Origin: Candidatus Thorarchaeota archaeon
Lineage (GTDB): Archaea; Asgardarchaeota; Heimdallarchaeia; Hodarchaeales; Hodarchaeaceae
Direction of reading: 5' to 3'
Assembly (NCBI GenBank): GCA_048882505.1
Contig: JBHLRO010000003.1
Span: 150,001 to 182,000 of the forward strand
Length of the DNA stretch: 32,000 nt
Shown: piece after piece, positions 25,712 through 32,000 of the stretch
Numbering within the stretch: the first letter of the stretch is position 1
Layout of the letters: every line of letters begins with the position of its first letter
Notes under the pieces: generated by a model
What the model was told of the DNA's origin: nothing
What the model saw: only the letters and a program-made list of their open reading frames with translations
Databases searched by the model: none
Translations under genes and position numbers: made by a program

Positions 25712-26824
25712 TCAATCACGCGCGTACTCGGTCGTAATAGAGAGCCAAAATGGAATGGAAAAGGCTACTAGAAAGAATATTGTGTGGTAGACGATATAAT
25801 CGGGAAGATGGAATTGCGTAACTCCAGAGATTATCGAAGTTATTAGGTATTGGCTTAGGACCAAAACAAATGCAATAATAATAAAGCCAATTAGTCCCTT
25901 TCGAACTTTAGGAACCGACCGCTTTTTTAAAGTTTTAATCCAATCCGCAGTTACCTTAGATCTAGAAATGAGGACTGTTACGGTTATGTAGATGATTGTA
26001 ATTAACCCGACCGCAAGGGCGAATATAGAAATCAAAACATAAACCAGATTTAAAATGTCGTTATTCAGTTGTGAGCCGAGAATGTCTGTTAGTTTATAGA
26101 AATCATATATAAGCGCGTACAGAAAACAATAGAACACATTTCTGGTAAAAACGTAAATTAATCCCGTTAAAATCGCGTAGATAAAAGTAGAGCCCAACCA
26201 GAAAATATTGCTTAATAGATTGGGAGTATTTAGGTAATATGACAAATCAAGTAGGATAAAACCAACACTAGAAGTCACCACGGCATGTGAAGGTGCCAAT
26301 CCGCGGTCCTCTAGGGAAGGGATTGCCGTTCGACGATAGATTAGTTCTGTGAAACCATGTATTACGACTCTTCCGATCAAGAAAAACGACAAGTACAACG
26401 GAGTAACGAATAGCAGATTATATGAGGGGAGATACCAAGGTAACAGTAATTCTATTGATCCCCCAAGGAACTCTGTTATAAGCGTACCAAAGCTTAATCG
26501 AATGCTCATGGCAACACAAAACAATACAAGCAACATAATCGAACTTTCCCTCGATAGGGTCTTATATTCGGCATCAATGACCTTTAAACGAGGTATAAAG
26601 ATAAAATATACAATTAAACTAACCAAAATCCCAGCCACAATCGGTGAAATAAGAAAGAGTAAATTGAAATCAAAACGAATATTGGCTTGATTGGCCGCCC
26701 AAGGAAGTAGGGATAGCGGCCAACTTATTAGGTTGATTAGGAAGTAACCCGAGGCAATGATAATTGCAGGGGTAAAGAAATTCAAAAAACTGTTTTCTAT
26801 CTCTACGATCTCGATTTTCCTCAT
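25712..26824 (-). CDS. CPBP/Abi (type II CAAX protease)-like membrane protein with degenerate catalytic motifs
   Basis: Polytopic membrane protein. FTELIYRR, SSVGFILLD and GLIYVFTRN...YALIYD align to EExxxR, FxxxH and HxxxN. Confidence 0.6.
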   Translation of the reverse strand: MRKIEIVEIENSFLNFFTPAIIIASGYFLINLISWPLSLLPWAANQANIRFDFNLLFLISPIVAGILVSLIVYFIFIPRLKVIDAEYKTLSRESSIMLLVLFCVAMSIRLSFGTLITEFLGGSIELLLPWYLPSYNLLFVTPLYLSFFLIGRVVIHGFTELIYRRTAIPSLEDRGLAPSHAVVTSSVGFILLDLSYYLNTPNLLSNIFWLGSTFIYAILTGLIYVFTRNVFYCFLYALIYDFYKLTDILGSQLNNDILNLVYVLISIFALAVGLITIIYITVTVLISRSKVTADWIKTLKKRSVPKVRKGLIGFIIIAFVLVLSQYLITSIISGVTQFHLPDYIVYHTIFFLVAFSIPFWLSITTEYARD

Positions 26825-26872
26825 TTACAACACAAAGAAGGAGTTACTCAATTACCGTGGGCTTTCTGTACG

Positions 26873-27397
26873 TTATTTCTTAAGACTTTTTTCCCTCCAT
26901 CGTAAAATATCAAGTATAGGCATTTTTATAGTTGCGCTAAGATGAGAGAAAGATGTTTTTTCATTTCTTGGTTTGGCGGGATGATCCAAATCGATGTCAA
27001 AAAGCGAAAGCATTCGGTTATAATCTGCATCGGATTCGTTTTCCAAATACTCAATCCACCAGTCGGTCAGAATAGAAAGAATCATCTTGTTAATTTTTAT
27101 TAGGTTCAACGTTCTATTTTTATCCCCACGAAGAAGTTCATTCGTGCTTATTGAATAATATCTGGTCTTAAGTTGTCGTCGGGCATCTTTTTTGTCTTCT
27201 CGATACTTCACAATTCCGCTCTCTTCCAGTTTTTTTATGTGATGATGGATCGTAGTTTTTCCTTTGTGGAGATACTCACCTAGTTGTTTTAATGTTAATT
27301 CGCTGTGGACCATTAAATAAATGTAGATGGATATGCGGGTCTCATCCTCTAAAACCTCATTCTTTCCCTGAGTAAGAAGGTTTGATGAGGAATTCAT
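26873..27397 (-). CDS. ArsR-family winged-helix transcriptional regulator
   Basis: ETRISIYIYL...LTLKQL...GKTTIHHHIKKLEESGIV...KTRYY. Confidence 0.85.
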   Translation of the reverse strand: MNSSSNLLTQGKNEVLEDETRISIYIYLMVHSELTLKQLGEYLHKGKTTIHHHIKKLEESGIVKYREDKKDARRQLKTRYYSISTNELLRGDKNRTLNLIKINKMILSILTDWWIEYLENESDADYNRMLSLFDIDLDHPAKPRNEKTSFSHLSATIKMPILDILRWREKSLKK

Positions 27398-27651
27398 CTA
27401 AGCTACCTTGTGTTTCCCGTGAGTTTTTAAATATCTACTTAATCTTTTCTTTACCCTGTCTTCATTTTTTTGGGGGATTGGTGAGCTTCAAGTTTTCTAG
27501 TGAGTATTAACCTAGATATTTTGAATATTCAGGACATTGCACGAACGGTTATTCTTATAAACATATCAGATATACTATTGCCTTATAAATTAATTGGATA
27601 TAATGATTTTCTTTATGGCATAAACCAGCACGAAAAGGGTTCAAGATAACG

Positions 27652-27933
27652 ATGTATTCCACAAATCATGAAATATTAAGGAATTTGCCTCCATCAGCTC
27701 AATTAGTATATGAAAAGTTACAAGAAAGAGAATTCATAAATTCTAAACAACTTATACTCGAAACGAGATACTCTCCACGAACGATAAGGTATGCCCTAAA
27801 TCAATTAATCAATGTCCATCTCATCAAAAGAATCCATGACATTAAAGACGCTCGTCGGTGCTATTACACTGTCTTCAGGGAAACATCTCCGTTATATTCA
27901 TTTCACCGAAGAAATGGGAAAATGGCGCCCTAA
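27652..27933 (+). CDS. Small archaeal winged-helix (MarR-like) DNA-binding protein
   Basis: LPPSAQLVY...ETRYSPRTIRYALNQL...DARRCYY. Confidence 0.8.
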   Translation: MYSTNHEILRNLPPSAQLVYEKLQEREFINSKQLILETRYSPRTIRYALNQLINVHLIKRIHDIKDARRCYYTVFRETSPLYSFHRRNGKMAP

Positions 27934-28051
27934 TGCCCTTTCATATAGATGGATTTGTCCATATGTAGAAGAATGACAACTTTGGTTTCCGACCCCATGT
28001 TATAACTATTTATCTCCCATGAGTACACCTTCACATTCGGTTGTGAGCTAG

Positions 28052-29140
28052 TTGGGCCATAAAAACCATTTTCTGGTATTAATTTATACAACTATTATCT
28101 CCACAAGTCTACTTATAAGTTCAGGAACGTTACAAGAAGATGTCGGTTTCGAATTAGGTCTTGAGGAAGTTGGACAAATTGATACAGGGGGCTGGGCACT
28201 TGATATATGGGTTGAAGGTGGCCTTGCGTATCTCACGGATTTAGAGGCTGGATTTCGAATCTATGATGTCTCGAATCCTTCGGAATCGGAGGAACTTGCC
28301 CATATGTTTCCTTCAGGAGGAGCTCATCAAATGTTTCTCGATGGGCCCGATGATCTTGTTTATCTTGCTAACCATGTTCACGGGTTAGAGATCATTAACG
28401 TGAGTGATCCTACAAATCCAAGAGAGATCGAACATACATACCATGAAGGGGGATATGTATCCGATGTCTATCTGGTGGACAATCTTCTGTATATTATCGA
28501 GCACGGGTTAACGGTTCTGAATGTAAGTGACCCTGGTAATCCAGTGAAATTGGGAGAGTATCCTGGCGATGATTATATGAGTGACATAAAGGTGATTGGT
28601 GATTATGGCTATTTATCGCATGGGCACTTTGGACTAGATATACTTGATATAACTGACCCAACAAACATGACCAAAGTTAAAACGTATGTTGATGAAGGTA
28701 TTGCAAATAATGCTGAAGTTATCGGGAATTTGCTTTTTTTGGCGGATTGGGACGGTGGTTTCAAGATATTAGATATCACAGACCGCAACAATCCAACTAA
28801 GATAGGAGAATCAGAAAGCAGCACGGATTATGCTGGAGATCTGACGATCACCGGTCATTTGGCTTTTGTTGGGGGATGGGAAGATGGGTTATATGTGTAC
28901 AACATTAGCGATCCAATCCAACCAATGCTTTTGGCTAATCATAATGATGGAGGTAAAGCGACCGGAGTTTATGTTCAGGATGACCTTATATTTGTTGCAG
29001 ATAACACGGACGGTCTTGAAATCCTTAGAATAAGGTCTAATATACCAGGTAACTCAACCTCATTCGAATTCTTGATTCCATTTGTTTTATGTATCGGTTT
29101 GATGTCCCTACATCAGAAAATCAGGAAGGACCGTATTTGA
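28052..29140 (+). CDS. Secreted, membrane-anchored LVIVD-repeat (beta-propeller) protein
   Basis: Signal-like N-terminus; repeated (Y/F)(L/V)AD...G(L/F).I.(D/N)(I/V)S(D/N)P.NP; C-terminal TM and basic tail; TTG start. Confidence 0.88.
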   Translation: MGHKNHFLVLIYTTIISTSLLISSGTLQEDVGFELGLEEVGQIDTGGWALDIWVEGGLAYLTDLEAGFRIYDVSNPSESEELAHMFPSGGAHQMFLDGPDDLVYLANHVHGLEIINVSDPTNPREIEHTYHEGGYVSDVYLVDNLLYIIEHGLTVLNVSDPGNPVKLGEYPGDDYMSDIKVIGDYGYLSHGHFGLDILDITDPTNMTKVKTYVDEGIANNAEVIGNLLFLADWDGGFKILDITDRNNPTKIGESESSTDYAGDLTITGHLAFVGGWEDGLYVYNISDPIQPMLLANHNDGGKATGVYVQDDLIFVADNTDGLEILRIRSNIPGNSTSFEFLIPFVLCIGLMSLHQKIRKDRI

Positions 29141-29141
29141 A

Positions 29142-30269
29142 ATGAAGTACAAGAGCTATTTAATTCTCTTTTGTCTTTTTATTATATCACCAACTCTTTT
29201 CACGGGGATTTCGGGTCAGAGTTATGATGGGGAATTGGTTCTCTCAAAAATCGGACAACTTCCGACTGGGGGGGACGCTTACGACGTCTGTGTAGATGAA
29301 GAAAGAGAAATAGCGGTTATAACCTGTGGTTATTACGGTGTGAGGTTTGTTAATGTAAGTGATCCCTCCAATCCAATCGAATTATCCCATATCCCTGCAC
29401 CGCCAGCCGCGATTGGAACAGGTCATGCGACAGGTTATGCTCATCAATTTTGTGTAGAAGACAACATTATTTATGTCGGGGATGGTGCTGCTGGATTAAC
29501 GGTCATAAATAGTACAGATCCGAGCAATCCCATTATTATTTCCGATAGTACAGAGGGATATGCATGGGATATCGAGATTCAGCAAAATATCGTGTACGTA
29601 TCAAGCGGATTGTTCGGGAATACCGCTGGTTTATTGATACTCAACGCCACAGATCCTGCCAACCTCTTGTTAATTTCAAGTTATAGCACAAAAGGAGATA
29701 TTACATCTGTTGAGGTAAAAGGGGATCTCGCATTCCTTGCTGATTATGATAACGGATTGATAGTCTTGGACATAAGTAATGTTTCAAATCCAATATTGAA
29801 AGGAGAGTTTTCAGGACCCGAAAACGATGGGATAAGTTATGTGGAAGTTGTAGATGATCTGGTTTATTCCACCAGTTGGGGCAGTGGTTTGAGGATTTGG
29901 AACGTCTCTGAATCCACTGAAATATCAAAAGTGGCTGACTATTCTCAAGGTGAAACGTATTTCTCCATAAGGGTTTTTGATGATTATGCGTTTCTGGGGG
30001 GAATGAATGATGGTTTAATTGTATTGAATGTAAGTAATCCCCTCAATCCTCTAGAGATAGGTCGTTACTATGAAGGAGGGAGGATTAATAGCGCGTATGT
30101 AGTGAATGATTTGGTTTATGTTGCAGATCAAGACAATGGACTTATAATCTTAAATATGAAGTCCTCAACTGAAGCGAAATGGCCTTTCCAAACCACATTT
30201 GTACCTGAGATAGCGGTTGTCTGTGTCATTCTCTTGATGGCTTTCACAAGAAAGCAAAAGACTGCTTAA
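29142..30269 (+). CDS. Secreted, membrane-anchored LVIVD-repeat (beta-propeller) protein, tandem paralog
   Basis: Same repeat pattern (e.g. FLADYDNGLIVLDISNVSNP); starts 1 bp after the previous stop. Confidence 0.88.
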   Translation: MKYKSYLILFCLFIISPTLFTGISGQSYDGELVLSKIGQLPTGGDAYDVCVDEEREIAVITCGYYGVRFVNVSDPSNPIELSHIPAPPAAIGTGHATGYAHQFCVEDNIIYVGDGAAGLTVINSTDPSNPIIISDSTEGYAWDIEIQQNIVYVSSGLFGNTAGLLILNATDPANLLLISSYSTKGDITSVEVKGDLAFLADYDNGLIVLDISNVSNPILKGEFSGPENDGISYVEVVDDLVYSTSWGSGLRIWNVSESTEISKVADYSQGETYFSIRVFDDYAFLGGMNDGLIVLNVSNPLNPLEIGRYYEGGRINSAYVVNDLVYVADQDNGLIILNMKSSTEAKWPFQTTFVPEIAVVCVILLMAFTRKQKTA

Positions 30270-30308
30270 ATCATCCGTTTTTGGTTAACTGGAAAAATTT
30301 CAACTCCT

Positions 30309-30590
30309 TTATAAATTATAATTTGCTCTTAATGCACCTAATCCTTCTTCAAAATGTTCTAGTTTGCATACTGGAAAAACTGGAAAACGAATACCATCCT
30401 TCTCTGGTACCCAAGCCAAAGCGATCTGAAAATGGGTAGCCCCTGTTTCATTCACTATTTCACTAGTGTCCTCTGCTGTTTCCCAATTTTTCATAGTATT
30501 CCTATCTGCCTGGAAAGGCTGCAGCTAGGGACAAACATTGTCAATTGCCCTCGGACGAGATAGTAATCATCCCTTCCCCATATTCTCCCG
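30309..30590 (-). pseudogene. Degraded C-terminal remnant of an aldo/keto reductase (5' bound approximate)
   Basis: ETGATHFQIALAWV...GIRFPV...LEHFEEGLGAL resembles the AKR C-terminal signature. Upstream sequence gives broken EYGEGMITISS and SLAAAFPGR* pieces. Confidence 0.6.
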
Positions 30591-30617
30591 ACCTAATAGA
30601 GGGGTAGAAGTTGGTAT

Positions 30618-30633
30618 CCCGATAATATAAATA
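30618..30633 (+). promoter_or_regulatory. Candidate BRE/TATA promoter for the mtmB-like gene
   Basis: CCCGATAA followed by TATAAATA (30626-30633), ~70 bp upstream of the proposed start. Confidence 0.4.
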
Positions 30634-30701
30634 CCATTTACTTGGAGAAGATCAGTGTAGAGAATTGGTTCACTACCCTTTCTCTTTTCGATTTGATTCC
30701 C

Positions 30702-32000
30702 TTGAAGAGAAATAAGCTTTTGGAAGTCATTCAACGGGCGGAAACTGGGCCCATTACATTAGAAAAGCACTTCGATCTCAAAGTCTTGAATGCTAAGGTC
30801 AAGGAAGTCGTGAAAGAGTACGACATTCGATTTTCAGATGATCCCACAATAGTTATCCCTAGTGATAATAGCCTAGCGGACTCTTTGTTTCAAGCAGCGG
30901 TAGATCTCTATTTAGAGACTGGTACATATTGTATGAGCAACCATCGACAGATAATATTTGAGGAAGCAGAGATTAGAGGAGCTTTCAGGAATGCGCCTGC
31001 GGAAATTACGTTTGGTGCAGGTTCCGACACGCGAAACATGAAAAATCGGAAAGTAGAGGATACTACACCCCCACTGTGCTTGACCTCGGGCGGAGGGGAA
31101 ATTTCGGAGGAAATATATGTTCAATTGATCCAAAGTTATGCGCAAGAGCCACTAGCAGACACGGTTAGTGGAGGGTTTCCGCTTCATAAAATCAGCGGGA
31201 TGGACCCAAAGCCAGGCACGCCTGCAGAGGTTTTAGCATCGATATATAATATCAAATATGCTAAAGAAGGTGCTAGGCTTGCCGGTCGTCCTTCCATTGG
31301 TTTTCATAACCTATTGGGCAGCGCCCTCTCCGCCTCGGGATATATTGCAGCCACTCAACCAGAATATGGAGTTCGACCAGTCGATGGAAACCTCATAGCA
31401 TCAATGGCTGAACTCAAGACGGACTTCGCCCAATTATCAAAGGCGCTATATTATACAGAACGAAACAATGTCCTCATAGGTGCAGTGTACGTGCCACTAA
31501 TGGGCGGATACGCGGGGGGACCTGAAGGAACGGCTGTGGTGACGCTAGCCCATCATTTTCAGGGACTTATGGTGCATAATGTAGCATATTCTGATTTTCC
31601 TGTATTGCATTTACAGCATTCTTGCAGTACCGCCCGAGAAACCCTGTGGATAGCTGGAATTGTAGGGCAGGCACTCAGTCGAAACACCCATCTTCTTTCC
31701 GCAACTGAAGCCATTACTGCTGCTGGTCCCTGTACGGAAATGTGCTTGTATGAAGTTGCTGCAAATGCAGTCATAGGGGCCGTTTCGGGGATTCACATTA
31801 ATAGTGCCAGCGCGGCCAAAAGTCAGTATTTAGATCGAGAATCAGGAATGGAAGCCCGAATTGGCTGTGAAGTCGGCCATGCTGCGACTGGAATGAAAAG
31901 GGATAGCGCCAATGAACTAGTTAACGCAATTCTAGCTAAATATGAACCTTCATTGGGAAAAGCTCCTCTGGGCAAAACTTTTCAGGAATGTTACGATTTG
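30702..32000 (+). CDS. mtmB: Monomethylamine methyltransferase MtmB-family protein without pyrrolysine; 3'-partial; absent from ORF track
   Basis: Manual translation shows an uninterrupted frame to the window end: MKRNKLLEVIQRAETGP...GTYCMSNHRQI...SYAQEPLAD...AGRPSIGFH...AELKTD...PLMGGYAGGPEGT...AGPCTEMCLYE...SGMEAR...APLGKTFQECYDL. TTG 30702 is the likely start. Confidence 0.9.
   Translation, partial: MKRNKLLEVIQRAETGPITLEKHFDLKVLNAKVKEVVKEYDIRFSDDPTIVIPSDNSLADSLFQAAVDLYLETGTYCMSNHRQIIFEEAEIRGAFRNAPAEITFGAGSDTRNMKNRKVEDTTPPLCLTSGGGEISEEIYVQLIQSYAQEPLADTVSGGFPLHKISGMDPKPGTPAEVLASIYNIKYAKEGARLAGRPSIGFHNLLGSALSASGYIAATQPEYGVRPVDGNLIASMAELKTDFAQLSKALYYTERNNVLIGAVYVPLMGGYAGGPEGTAVVTLAHHFQGLMVHNVAYSDFPVLHLQHSCSTARETLWIAGIVGQALSRNTHLLSATEAITAAGPCTEMCLYEVAANAVIGAVSGIHINSASAAKSQYLDRESGMEARIGCEVGHAATGMKRDSANELVNAILAKYEPSLGKAPLGKTFQECYDL

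Noticed and set aside
31305-31307. Amber/pyrrolysine codon in mtmB as the reason it is missing from the ORF track
   Set aside because: The codon is CAT; the ORF is missing most likely because it has no stop before the window end.
30912-31796. Three short minus-strand ORFs in the track
   Set aside because: Antisense shadows of the long plus-strand MtmB-family frame.

Overview
Archaeal chromosomal window. The archaeal-type TyrRS, AMP phosphorylase and MtmB homolog support an archaeal origin; the membrane-anchored LVIVD and FN3-like surface proteins suggest an Asgard lineage, but that is inference only. In order: a hypothetical gene; tyrS; two convergent DNA methyltransferases with no visible restriction endonuclease; a ~1.5 kb patch of gene fragments; a membrane-anchored polysaccharide deacetylase; an ~8.6 kb all-plus-strand metal locus (DtxR/MntR-family repressor, two paralogous two-domain cupredoxin/multicopper-oxidase proteins, ZIP transporter, TIM-barrel metalloenzyme, TroABCD-type ABC transporter); a divergent RtcB-like protein; AMP phosphorylase; small TOPRIM protein; tdh; LLM oxidoreductase; degenerate CPBP protein; two HTH regulators; two LVIVD-repeat proteins; an aldo/keto reductase remnant; and a partial MtmB homolog missing from the ORF track. 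The best candidate for a new system is the pair of multicopper-oxidase paralogs, which have lost complementary halves of the copper-cluster ligands and may work as an obligate heteromer coupled to ZIP/Tro transport. The RtcB-like protein and the MtmB homolog with His at the pyrrolysine position also stand out. I saw no tRNA, rRNA, CRISPR array or IS element. All family assignments are motif recognition by eye; no database search was run.
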